Of a stretch of 64,000 nt of DNA, positions 17,485 to 26,595 are shown piece after piece (the first letter of the stretch is position 1; each line of letters opens with the position of its first letter). The notes below the pieces were generated by a model, which saw only the letters and a list, made by a program, of their open reading frames with translations, searched no databases and had not been told where the DNA came from. The DNA lies in NCBI GenBank assembly GCA_964442255.1, contig CAYTYC010000004.1:1416-65415 (forward strand), written 5' to 3'. This DNA is from an uncultured archaeon (GTDB taxonomy: Archaea > Iainarchaeota > Iainarchaeia > Iainarchaeales > 1-14-0-10-31-34). Position numbers and translations under genes: made by a program.

Positions 17485-18378
17485 TTACTTTAATAGCCGG
17501 ATTATTTTCCCGTTGTCCACAATTATTGTGTTTTCCGCCTGCGTTACGGTCACGCCTTTTTCTTCCCTTAGGATGGGGTGCATTTGGAAAACCTTTTTCT
17601 GCAAAAGCTCCCTTAAGGCGACCTTGAACTTGAATTCGCTTAAACCCTTTTGTATCCACCTTTCCGCGAAAGGCAAAGTCTTGTATTCTTCCGCAGCCTT
17701 TTCCACTATTTTTCTTGCGTCCAGATTCCTCACCGGCTTTAATTCATCCAGTTCGTAAATGTAGGTTTGCGGCGCCTCCCTCACAATTCCTTTTCCGTTG
17801 CATGCAAAGGGCTCAAAGGCGTAAACCCCTTCTTCCTCTATTTCCCGGTCGTCGCTGTTTTCAATGTTTGGAATGCTTGGCGCGATGTGGGTCCTCCACT
17901 TGTCCATTCCGTGCCCGCTCAGGTTTTGGATTGGCTGAAAGCCTTTTCCTTTAATTGCTTTCTCTATTTTTGCGCCCAAATCCTTTAAGGTCATTCCAAC
18001 TTTAACTGAACTCAGCGCGCTCTCTAAACCCAGTTCAGCGGCTTCAGCCATTTTTCCGTGTTCCCCGGAAAAATCCAGTGTAAACGCGGAATCCGCAATG
18101 CATCCTTCAACGTGAACCCCTGTATCAACTTTCAATACGTCCTTTTCCCCGAGCACAGACTCGTCGTTCAGGGGAGGGGTGTAGTGCGCTGCATTATTGT
18201 TTATGGACAAATTAACCGGAAAGGCGGGTTTTCCGCCCAATTCCACGGTTTTCTTTTCAATGCGCTCCGCTATTTCCAGGAGCTTTTGCCCCGGCTTTAT
18301 TTTGGCTTTCTCTATTTTGTGCAGCCGGGAGGCAATTTTTCCTGCCTTTAAATAGTTTTCCTTGTCTTTTTTGTCCAT
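17485..18378 (-). CDS. map: Methionine aminopeptidase type II
   Basis: AFPVNLS, AAHYTP, KVD.GVH..G.IADSA, NLSGH, EPF, Q.E motifs. Confidence 0.96.
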   Translation of the reverse strand: MDKKDKENYLKAGKIASRLHKIEKAKIKPGQKLLEIAERIEKKTVELGGKPAFPVNLSINNNAAHYTPPLNDESVLGEKDVLKVDTGVHVEGCIADSAFTLDFSGEHGKMAEAAELGLESALSSVKVGMTLKDLGAKIEKAIKGKGFQPIQNLSGHGMDKWRTHIAPSIPNIENSDDREIEEEGVYAFEPFACNGKGIVREAPQTYIYELDELKPVRNLDARKIVEKAAEEYKTLPFAERWIQKGLSEFKFKVALRELLQKKVFQMHPILREEKGVTVTQAENTIIVDNGKIIRLLK

Positions 18379-18506
18379 TTTTCCTTCACTTTAAGGATTC
18401 TAAAAAGAAAAAGAATTTAAAATCAAACGAATTTTTTTTAAGGGGGTTTTGGAATTCGTAAATGTCAAAAACAGTGATTTAATAAAATGGTTTTCGATAT
18501 CCCCTT

Positions 18507-18986
18507 TCACCGGGTTTTTTTCCTTAAAAGGTACAGCACCACCACAATCAGGCACGCCAAACTTATTGCCCCGATTTCGGGAACATTCACTCCCCTTTCT
18601 TCTTTCACTGAAAAGTGCAGGGTTCTTGAGTCTTCGGATGTAGTGGCTTTGAATGTGTGTTCAGTCCAAGGCTCTAAATTATGTGTTTCCGGGTCTCCAA
18701 TGCCTGAAAATTCGTAGTCTTTGGTTTCTCCGGGGACCAGGTTGCCAAAGGATGTTTGTGCGTCAATCTGGGTTGAATCTAACCACAAAAAAACCGTGGG
18801 AATGGGCTGGCTGCCGGTGCTAATGTTTTTTACGGTCACCCAAACTGTCATGTTTTCGTTTAGCCCCACAACGTTTGACGGTTCAATGCTCATGTCAATT
18901 ATTGCAACGTCTTGCGCAAAAGCAATGGATGCAAGCAGGGGAATGAAGCCGAAAGCCAAAAGCATTTTTCCGTGCACTGGAACCAC
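18507..18986 (-). CDS. Secreted CARDB/Ig-like protein with VPEI-CTERM (PEF-CTERM-like) sorting signal
   Basis: Signal peptide, V.V.VKN...L.PGETK, C-terminal VPEIG + TM + RKKTR; start codon uncertain. Confidence 0.75.
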   Translation of the reverse strand: MVPVHGKMLLAFGFIPLLASIAFAQDVAIIDMSIEPSNVVGLNENMTVWVTVKNISTGSQPIPTVFLWLDSTQIDAQTSFGNLVPGETKDYEFSGIGDPETHNLEPWTEHTFKATTSEDSRTLHFSVKEERGVNVPEIGAISLACLIVVVLYLLRKKTR

Positions 18987-19026
18987 TTATCTAAAACGTT
19001 TTCCCCCTTTTTAATCTTTTTCTTTT

Positions 19027-21450
19027 TCACCCGAATGCCCCCAGCGTTTGTTGCTTGCCGCCCTGCACCAAATCCTCTTCACTTACGCCCAGTTCACGGA
19101 TAATTTTAATGACGGCGGGAAAAACCTGGTGCTCGATGTAATAGTCCGCGTCATAGTTTCCTTCCTGCACGAACTCCGCCAGTTCAGCGCGGTCGGAAAT
19201 GCTTTTCCCTGAACGCGTCACAATGTATTCAATTATCGTGCCAACCCCTATTCTTTTTCCGCGCTTAATCGCCTTTTTTGCCGCGGCAATGTGCGGGCCG
19301 ATTGACTCATACGATTTAATGGATTTTTTTACCGTTGAAATAATCACCAAATCCTTTTTCTGCACTTTCCCTTCCTTTAAGTCTTTCACCGCTTTTCTCA
19401 CGACCTGAACTGCCTTTTCCGGCTTTCCTTCCTCCAAAACAGCCTGCAAAACCCTGCGCTGCGTGTCTTTTGCAATCCTTGCCCAGTCCCTCCGCACGTA
19501 CTCAAAGCCCACTATGCTTAAATTTCCCCTGAAGTCAATCAACGCGTACCTTTTTTTTGCCGCCCCTCCCTCTCGCCTGGTTACAAACAGCCCTCTTTTG
19601 TATATTCCCTCAAACTCGAGTTCCATTACTCCGGGAAGCCCGGAATTCACTTTTTCCGCAAACTCCAGAACGTCCGCCTTGGTTTTTCCTTTTGGTAACC
19701 CCAGGAATGCGCTGTCCGTGTCGTTGTATAAAAGCCTGAATCCCGCTTTCTCTGCTTTGTGCCCGATGTCCTTCACATAGTGCCGGCTCCACGCCGTCAC
19801 AGACCTCGCGGACTCCAGACTGTACCACCTGCTCCGAGGGTATCCCAGATAACCGTAAAAGGAGTTCAAAAGTATTTTGAGCGCCTGCTGGCGGGCGGAA
19901 AGCGCCTCAAATTCTTCTGAATCTTTTCCGAATTTTTTCATTTCTTTTTTGATTTTTTTCCTGTTTTCCAAAAGCTGTTCAAGGATTGCCGGAATAAAGC
20001 CTTTTTTTTTGGTGCAGAAGTAATCCCCGTCTGGCGCAAGGTTTTTTTTGTTTCCCCTGCAGCAATCGCAGTTCAGTGTTTCCGGGGAAACGTTGTGGGA
20101 AATCATTATGCTTGGGTGAAGGGAACGAAAATCCAATACGGCGATGTTTTCATGCAGCCCGGGCTCCGGGCTTTTCACAAACCCGCCTTTAAAGGACTGC
20201 ATCATTCTTTTTTTCACTTCCCCTTCATGCGGCCTGTTGGGGAGAAGGGTTTTTGTCTGGAAGCATTTGTCCATTAAAAGGAATTCCACCAGAAATCCCG
20301 CGGAGCCGCGGGAAACGTCAAACAGCGTTTGCTTCACCAGCTTGCTTAATTCCACGGCAACAGGCAAAAACCGGTTTCCCAGCCTGTAGGTTTGTTCCGC
20401 GTCCTCCAAATTGTATTCCGCCACTTTTTCCAGCCCTTTTCCTGAATCCCATGATTCCGTGATTTGTGCAGCGGTTATTTTCTCTTTTTTTTCCCCGTAA
20501 ATTTGTTCAACCACCGACTCCAAATCAAATTTAACCAGACTCACTATTCCAAAGCGCACAAAAAGCCTGAGCAATTGGTAGACGTCCAGGTGCTGCATTC
20601 CCACAACCATTACCGCTGAAGCAAATCCGTGCTTTTTTGCCTTTAATCCCGACCCTTCCACGCCAAAATCGATTTCCGCTTTCAGCACGCTTGCCCTTTC
20701 CCTTAAGTAAGGCAGGTCAAACAAGTCGCCGTTGTATGTCATCATGATGTCGGTTTTTTTTTCCCTTATTTCTTCCACAAGCCTTTCAATCAGTTTTGAT
20801 TCGCTTTCCACCAATTCAACGTGTTTTGTTTCCGCTTTTTTGTTTGCGGTGAAAACCTTTTTTTCTTTTCCTGAAACAAACGCCGCCATCAGGATTGCGT
20901 CTTTTTTCGGGTTGCTGAAGCTTTCCCCCGAATAGGTTTCCAAATCAAACGCCGAACTAACCGGCGCAATTCCCGTTTTTTTTTCAATTCGCTTTATTTC
21001 CTGAACCTCTTTTTCTTTTCCTTCCCTGAACTCCACTTCCACTTCCCCCAACGGCTCCAGTCCCTTGTCTATTAGGTATCTGCGGGTGAACACGATGTCG
21101 TGTTCCCTTTTTTCCATTACCCCTGAAATTTTGGTTATTTCTTCCCTTGCTTTCACCAAATCCGAGGTGTTTTTGAAGTAAATTCGCGCGGCGTTTTCCC
21201 GGTATTCTTCCGCTTTTTCCGCTTTTATTGCCTTGCTTTTTTCTTCCCCGAACTCTTTTTCGAGGATTTTTTTTTTCAGTTCCCCGAAACTTCCCTCAAA
21301 TACGGCGTAAAAGTAGGGGTGAAAGTTTTTTTCAATAAAGGACTCCATCCCGGAACGCGTTTTAATGAAAAGCCGGATGCAGGAATTCTTTTCTTTCCCT
21401 GTTTCCGTGGCCAAATCGACGAGTATTCCCTGAATCCGTTTCCCGGGCAT
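19027..21450 (-). CDS. polB: Family B DNA polymerase
   Basis: Exo I FDLET, Exo II YNGDLFD, Exo III YNLED; motif A DFRSLHPS, motif B KILLNSFYG, motif C YNDTDS; ATG at 21450 (ORF extends to 21471). Confidence 0.95.
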   Translation of the reverse strand: MPGKRIQGILVDLATETGKEKNSCIRLFIKTRSGMESFIEKNFHPYFYAVFEGSFGELKKKILEKEFGEEKSKAIKAEKAEEYRENAARIYFKNTSDLVKAREEITKISGVMEKREHDIVFTRRYLIDKGLEPLGEVEVEFREGKEKEVQEIKRIEKKTGIAPVSSAFDLETYSGESFSNPKKDAILMAAFVSGKEKKVFTANKKAETKHVELVESESKLIERLVEEIREKKTDIMMTYNGDLFDLPYLRERASVLKAEIDFGVEGSGLKAKKHGFASAVMVVGMQHLDVYQLLRLFVRFGIVSLVKFDLESVVEQIYGEKKEKITAAQITESWDSGKGLEKVAEYNLEDAEQTYRLGNRFLPVAVELSKLVKQTLFDVSRGSAGFLVEFLLMDKCFQTKTLLPNRPHEGEVKKRMMQSFKGGFVKSPEPGLHENIAVLDFRSLHPSIMISHNVSPETLNCDCCRGNKKNLAPDGDYFCTKKKGFIPAILEQLLENRKKIKKEMKKFGKDSEEFEALSARQQALKILLNSFYGYLGYPRSRWYSLESARSVTAWSRHYVKDIGHKAEKAGFRLLYNDTDSAFLGLPKGKTKADVLEFAEKVNSGLPGVMELEFEGIYKRGLFVTRREGGAAKKRYALIDFRGNLSIVGFEYVRRDWARIAKDTQRRVLQAVLEEGKPEKAVQVVRKAVKDLKEGKVQKKDLVIISTVKKSIKSYESIGPHIAAAKKAIKRGKRIGVGTIIEYIVTRSGKSISDRAELAEFVQEGNYDADYYIEHQVFPAVIKIIRELGVSEEDLVQGGKQQTLGAFG

Positions 21451-21497
21451 AGATATATTTTTAATAGTCAACTCCTATTTTAATTAAGTGGTTTTTT

Positions 21498-21959
21498 TTG
21501 GCGAGAAGGCATGAGCACGGCGGAAAAAAGTCTTCAATGGTTTTTTCCGACGTAATCCGTGACATCAAGGCGTTGAACAGCAGCGTGCAGATCATCGCCC
21601 AGAAAATGAAGTATTTGGTGAGGAACGAAAAAATTTTGGGCAGAAACCTTATTGTCTTGAACAAAAAGCTCAAGGCGCTGGAGAAGCGCCCTTCTTCCCC
21701 TTCAGCAGGTACAGGAATTTCCGCCCCGGAAATGAATGAAGTGAAGGACGAGCTTGCCGCTGTTTCGGAAAAGCTTTCTTCTTTGGGGCACGAAATTTCG
21801 GAGACAAAAAAAAGGCTCAACCGGTTTGAGGAGTCTTACGCGAAAAAGGAAACCCTGGATGAATTGAAGTACGTTATTGACGCAATCAATCCACTGGAGT
21901 TTGTCACCTTAAGCCAGCTGGAAGACGCGCTTGGAAAAAAGCCGGCAAAAAAGAAATAG
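21498..21959 (+). CDS. Coiled-coil hypothetical protein
   Basis: 153 aa, heptad-rich, ends in ELKYVIDAINPLEFVT; divergent from polB. Confidence 0.7.
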   Translation: MARRHEHGGKKSSMVFSDVIRDIKALNSSVQIIAQKMKYLVRNEKILGRNLIVLNKKLKALEKRPSSPSAGTGISAPEMNEVKDELAAVSEKLSSLGHEISETKKRLNRFEESYAKKETLDELKYVIDAINPLEFVTLSQLEDALGKKPAKKK

Positions 21960-22466
21960 CTATTTTTTCCTTAAAACAATTAAAATCCCTGCAACCACTA
22001 AAACCAGGGCAATTGCGCTTATTTCCGGAACGGGCTGCCCCTGCTTCCCGACCGTAAAGCGGGTTTTCATTTTGTTGTTTTCTTTTTCTGTTTCAGCAGG
22101 AACAACAAGGGCTGTTGCTTCCGCGTATGCCGTGTAGTCCTTCCAGTCCTCAAGCCCTGCGCCTGAAAGGTCGAATGCTGTTGTGAATGTGAATTTGTTT
22201 CCCGGGCTTATAATCCTTGATGTGCTGTATACTGCAGTTCCCGGGTCTTTTTCCAGCCAAAACCCCACCGTCACATCAGTGGAGGTTATGCGCAGGTTTT
22301 TCACGGTTGCCTTGAATGTCATTGATCCTTCTTTGTCCACCACAATTGGAACAGCCTCAAATTTAACCATTTCAACGTATTCCTTCGGCGCAGATGCGGA
22401 ACCCGCCGCTGCCGCAAAAAACAGAAGGAAAATAAAACACAAGGCATATGCGGTTTTCATTCGCAT
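21960..22466 (-). CDS. Secreted CARDB/Ig-like protein with VPEI-CTERM sorting signal
   Basis: Signal peptide, ATVKN, ET..ENN, C-terminal VPEIS + TM + RKK. Confidence 0.8.
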   Translation of the reverse strand: MRMKTAYALCFIFLLFFAAAAGSASAPKEYVEMVKFEAVPIVVDKEGSMTFKATVKNLRITSTDVTVGFWLEKDPGTAVYSTSRIISPGNKFTFTTAFDLSGAGLEDWKDYTAYAEATALVVPAETEKENNKMKTRFTVGKQGQPVPEISAIALVLVVAGILIVLRKK

Positions 22467-22495
22467 TATTTGGCCCCTTTCCTGTTTATAAGCCT

Positions 22496-23995
22496 TTATT
22501 TTGTCCCGAGGTGGCTGAGGGTCGGGCGGAGGCTTACCCTGTACTGCTTTCTTTCCGCCAGCTTCACTCCCACGTCGCTCACAGACAAAATGAATATTTC
22601 CGCTTCCACGAGGTCCCGGGCTTCCTTTTTTAGTTCCACAACCCTTTCCGCCCCCAGCGCAAAACCCACTCCAAGCGAATAAAACTGGGAAAGGATTTGA
22701 ATCATTTCATCAACCAAAATTGCGTTGGCGGATTTCCCGAAAAACTGCACCGCGTTTGGGATGAAAACAAACGAGTTAATGCCTTTCACTGCCTTTCTTT
22801 CATAGTGTTTCCTTATTCCCGCAAGCACTGAATGCATCACCATTAAGGCGCTTCTTTCGTCCGTGCCCTGCATTTTTATTATTCCCGCCCTTCCAATGTT
22901 TTTTTCCCAGTTTTTGGACAATTCCTGCACCTCGTTTCCGGAAGCAAACAGGCCTTCATACCTTTTTTCAATCAGCTTCAGCATGCGCACCATTCTCAGC
23001 ATCTGGTTCTGCTTTAATTCCGCCTGCCTGCAGTGGTTCTTGACTGCGCCAATAAGTTGCCCAAAGGAATCAATTTTCTCCATTTTTTCCATAACCTCCG
23101 AGATTGTGCGGGAGGCGGTGTTTTTTCCTGCCCCAAACAGTTCCAGCAATCCCTTTGGGCTGATTAAATTCAGGTCCACTTTGGCGTCCTGTGCTGCAAG
23201 AAATTCTTTCACTGGAAAGCCCATTGGCTCAAGCTCTGCCTGAAACCGGCTTAACTCTTTTTCCTGTTCGGAGGGCTTGTTCATTGAATTAAAGCTTTCA
23301 TTCCAGTCAAACACTACGGCGGGAGAATTGCTTAGCATCACGCCTTCCGCGACCAGCTGCATTGCGTGTTTCCTGTCCTCCGGGTTTTCCCCGAAAATTC
23401 CTGTTTTAAGGAAAAGCTTTAACGGCTCTTTTGCCGGCTTTCCTTCCTTTGTCAGCCCCAGGAAAACTTCTCCCCGTGTTTCAGGCTGCATTTCCCTTTG
23501 CCCCGGGAGAACGCTTTTTCCGCTTACAAGGGGAAGGGAAAGGGGGTCGGTGAAAAAGGCGTTTTTTGTTTCCTCGTCCGCCTTGCTTAATTCGGTTAAC
23601 TCCAAATCATAGGCCCCTGAAATCTGTTTCACAAACTCAACCGAGGCCTCAAGGTTTTTGAGCTGCGAGTTAACGGTTTTCCTGAATTCCTCTTCTTCGT
23701 ACACGCTGTAGGAGGGCCTGGAAGCCAAAACAAAAAATTTGAGGGTCTTGTTTTCTTCGTGTTTAATGAATACGCTTGCTTCCTTGGGAAAGGTTTCCGC
23801 AAACCCTTCTGTTTCGCCTTTCGCGTGGAAAACCTTGTACGCCTCCACAACAACCCCTGAGATTTTGCCTTTTTCCTTCACTTCAATTACAACCAGTACC
23901 ACGCTTTCGGGGTTGGAGTAAATGCTTACCTCGTGGTCGTAAAACATTCCTTCAAACAGCACGTGCCAGGGCCCGTGCGACAGGCTGAAACGCAT
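22496..23995 (-). CDS. HerA/DUF87/VirB4-like ATPase homolog with degenerate Walker motifs
   Basis: V.LG...G....L.....GIFG(ENPEDRK)...L.AE......PAVVFDW layout; Walker B position reads FVFIPNA. Confidence 0.65.
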   Translation of the reverse strand: MRFSLSHGPWHVLFEGMFYDHEVSIYSNPESVVLVVIEVKEKGKISGVVVEAYKVFHAKGETEGFAETFPKEASVFIKHEENKTLKFFVLASRPSYSVYEEEEFRKTVNSQLKNLEASVEFVKQISGAYDLELTELSKADEETKNAFFTDPLSLPLVSGKSVLPGQREMQPETRGEVFLGLTKEGKPAKEPLKLFLKTGIFGENPEDRKHAMQLVAEGVMLSNSPAVVFDWNESFNSMNKPSEQEKELSRFQAELEPMGFPVKEFLAAQDAKVDLNLISPKGLLELFGAGKNTASRTISEVMEKMEKIDSFGQLIGAVKNHCRQAELKQNQMLRMVRMLKLIEKRYEGLFASGNEVQELSKNWEKNIGRAGIIKMQGTDERSALMVMHSVLAGIRKHYERKAVKGINSFVFIPNAVQFFGKSANAILVDEMIQILSQFYSLGVGFALGAERVVELKKEARDLVEAEIFILSVSDVGVKLAERKQYRVSLRPTLSHLGTK

Positions 23996-24074
23996 CCCTT
24001 TTTTTCACCGCAACCTTTTAAGCGAAAGTAACATATATAAATGAAGTATTATATAAATAGTTGTGGTTTTTTGA

Positions 24075-24791
24075 GTGGCTGACAGGAAAACGGTTTTGGA
24101 GTCAATCCGCAAAATGCTTGACTCCGGCATAGAGGAAGACGTAATTGAGTCAACCCTTTTGGACATCGGCTTAAGCAAAACCGAAATAGGCGAACTGATT
24201 TCCGAGGTTAAAACCGGGAAAACCGCGGAACAGCCTTCCCCCCAAAAACAGGAAACCCGGGTTTTCCGCGCGGCCCCGTCTTCCGGGCAAAGGCCTTTGC
24301 CTGAAGGGAAAAGCCGGGAGGAAGTGCAGGCGGAAAGCCAGCCGGTTCAGCCCGAAAAAGAGAAAGCAGAGGAAATTCAGAAGGCGCGGGGTGAAGAGGA
24401 AGATGAAGAGGAGGAAAGCCCTCCCGCTGAAGAAGAAGGGAAAACAAAATCCCGGGCTCCTGAAAGCGCAGGTGAAGGCGGGGAAGAGGAAGAGGAAACC
24501 GAAAGCGATGAATTGAGGGAGACCTCGGACAAGGTGGAGTTGGCCGAGCACGCGGAAGAGCTTGAAAAAATGAATGATTCCCTGGAAAACATCCAGAGAA
24601 AAATCGCGCTTTTGTCGCAAAAACAGTTCACTGCCTCGGAGTTCAGGAAAAGCCTTGATTCCCTGGAGGAAAGGGTTGAGGAAACGCGGAAGGATTTGTC
24701 GGATTTAAAGGCGTCCTCCAGCGCTTTGCAGTCGCTTTTAAAGAAACTGATTGAAACAGACAGAAAGCTTTTGGTTCCGGGAAAAAAATAG
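24075..24791 (+). CDS. Acidic hypothetical protein with C-terminal coiled coil
   Basis: N-terminal helical domain, E/P-rich linker, coiled-coil tail; AT-rich TATA-like elements at 24033-24058. Confidence 0.75.
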   Translation: MADRKTVLESIRKMLDSGIEEDVIESTLLDIGLSKTEIGELISEVKTGKTAEQPSPQKQETRVFRAAPSSGQRPLPEGKSREEVQAESQPVQPEKEKAEEIQKARGEEEDEEEESPPAEEEGKTKSRAPESAGEGGEEEEETESDELRETSDKVELAEHAEELEKMNDSLENIQRKIALLSQKQFTASEFRKSLDSLEERVEETRKDLSDLKASSSALQSLLKKLIETDRKLLVPGKK

Positions 24792-24835
24792 CTTTTCCGC
24801 CAGAAATTTGTTCCCGGAAAATTCTTTTTTTTTCT

Positions 24836-25213
24836 TTAATCCCGGAAAATTTTTTTCAATGCATCCAGTAAATTGCCTGAGCCTTTTGCGGCCCTTGGGG
24901 CAAGGTTTTTGGTTTTCCATGTGTGGCTTTCCGGCGCAAAAAAGCCTTCCCCAATTTTTGACCCCAGGTCTTCGGCTATTTTCGTGAACACCTCTCCTTT
25001 TGGCCCTTTTGGCGAGGCTTTTTCAACTTCTTCCCCTATTCCCGCCGAAAAGCCTTTTGCAGTTTCTTTTCCGACTTTTCCGGCTCCGCTGAAAAAGCCT
25101 GCCGAAATTATTAGCGCCCCCAAAATCAGGCTCAAGGCGGCAAGCCACACTATTCCGGTGTACAGGGAAAAAAGCAGGATAAACAGCAGCAAAAGCCAGC
25201 CGAAGGAGTTCAT
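24836..25213 (-). CDS. Small membrane protein
   Basis: Two N-terminal TM helices; last of five tightly packed genes. Confidence 0.75.
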   Translation of the reverse strand: MNSFGWLLLLFILLFSLYTGIVWLAALSLILGALIISAGFFSGAGKVGKETAKGFSAGIGEEVEKASPKGPKGEVFTKIAEDLGSKIGEGFFAPESHTWKTKNLAPRAAKGSGNLLDALKKIFRD

Positions 25214-25534
25214 TTAATACCCTCCCAGCAGTCCGCCGTATCCTCCGCCTCCGCCCAGCCCTCCGTACATGTCGGGTTCAGAGGATTTTGTCTTGAATCC
25301 GAAGACAAGCGAAATTGCAATCAACGCTATAACTGCGTACATCATGTAGTCGTCCAGGCCCGCGGACTTTATCCAGTACATTGCGCCAGCCGAAATTATG
25401 AGGAGGATTGTGGTGGAAATTGAGCGCATTGAAAGAATCATTATCGCCACTATCCCGAACACAATCCAGGTTTGGCCGTATTGGATTGCCAAAAACATTA
25501 AAAGCACTGAAACCATGAAGGTAAAGGTGTCCAT
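25214..25534 (-). CDS. Small polytopic membrane protein with Gly-rich tail
   Basis: ATG at 25534 (MDTFTF), hydrophobic helices, ends YGGLGGGGGYGGLLGGY. Confidence 0.75.
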   Translation of the reverse strand: MDTFTFMVSVLLMFLAIQYGQTWIVFGIVAIMILSMRSISTTILLIISAGAMYWIKSAGLDDYMMYAVIALIAISLVFGFKTKSSEPDMYGGLGGGGGYGGLLGGY

Positions 25535-25538
25535 TTTG

Positions 25539-25790
25539 TCAGTCCGCCATATGCATTTTTGAAATGATTTCTTTTCCGAATGTAGCGAAAATGAATACGA
25601 ATACAACAATCCATATGAGCTCCGGGTGCTGGTAGAAGGTGAGGTAAACCACGATTATTGCAAACAGTATTGCGAGTTTGGCGCTTCCCAGCACGCCTTT
25701 CGCCCAGCCGTAAATCAGCACAATGAAGAACAAAACCAGCGCGGCCCAAATGTGTGTTTCGAATTCCGTCATCAGCAAAAGCATTTCCAT
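25539..25790 (-). CDS. Small membrane protein
   Basis: 83 aa, 3 TM helices. Confidence 0.75.
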   Translation of the reverse strand: MEMLLLMTEFETHIWAALVLFFIVLIYGWAKGVLGSAKLAILFAIIVVYLTFYQHPELIWIVVFVFIFATFGKEIISKMHMAD

Positions 25791-25794
25791 TTTT

Positions 25795-26115
25795 TTATCC
25801 CTGCCTCATTCTTGTCCCAAAACCCCAGATTATCACTGAAAGGAAGCCTATTCCCAGGAGGGTGTATAAAACGTATAGGGAGGAAAAAATATAACCGTAT
25901 TTGAATACCATGAACCATATCAGGATTCCTGAAATTATTAAGGTCAGCGTTCCTGTCCCCAGAAAGCTTCTCACGGTCATGAAAATCGTGAAAATCAGGA
26001 TTAACTTGAACACTATGTCTGCGGGCTTGTATAAGTACATCACCAAAGGAACGAGCAGGGCTATCGCAAGGATTCCCGCGATAATGAACAGAACCACGCT
26101 TGCCTTTTGGTTCAA
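25795..26115 (-). CDS. Small membrane protein
   Basis: 106 aa, about 4 TM helices; overlaps upstream gene by 4 bp. Confidence 0.75.
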   Translation of the reverse strand: MNQKASVVLFIIAGILAIALLVPLVMYLYKPADIVFKLILIFTIFMTVRSFLGTGTLTLIISGILIWFMVFKYGYIFSSLYVLYTLLGIGFLSVIIWGFGTRMRQG

Positions 26116-26474
26116 CCCGGGGGCCTCCTTCTCATTTGCTGAACCATTCTCGTCCTTGCGGCCAAGTCAACTCCGCTGCTTACCGGCGACTCCATTCCTT
26201 TTCCTCCTTTGCTTCCTCCGGCTGTCACGAAGAAGAAGTCAATCATGAGGGTGGAGATTCCGAACATCAATAGCATGTACAGCACGTACACCGAACCGAA
26301 AAACATCCATGCGTCAAACAGCACAAACCACCCTATAAAAAGGATTAAGACAACCTGTGCCGGCTTGTTTTCCACGTGGTTCCGGATGAAGCTGATTATT
26401 GTAAGCAAAACAAATATCTTGATTATGAGCTGCAAATCGTTCCAGAACTCGAACAGCCAGAAAAACCCTTCCAT
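26112..26474 (-). CDS. Small membrane protein
   Basis: 3 TM helices; ATG at 26474; similar pattern to 25795..26115. Confidence 0.75.
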   Translation of the reverse strand: MEGFFWLFEFWNDLQLIIKIFVLLTIISFIRNHVENKPAQVVLILFIGWFVLFDAWMFFGSVYVLYMLLMFGISTLMIDFFFVTAGGSKGGKGMESPVSSGVDLAARTRMVQQMRRRPPG

Positions 26475-26595
26475 AGTAAGCACTTTCTTTTAACCCCTAT
26501 AAATACTTAACCCGCGGGCTTTGTTTTCCGGGCCTGTTTCCTTTTGGTTCATGCGGGGGATTAACCCGCGGGAGTTTTCTTTTCCGGTTGCCGGC

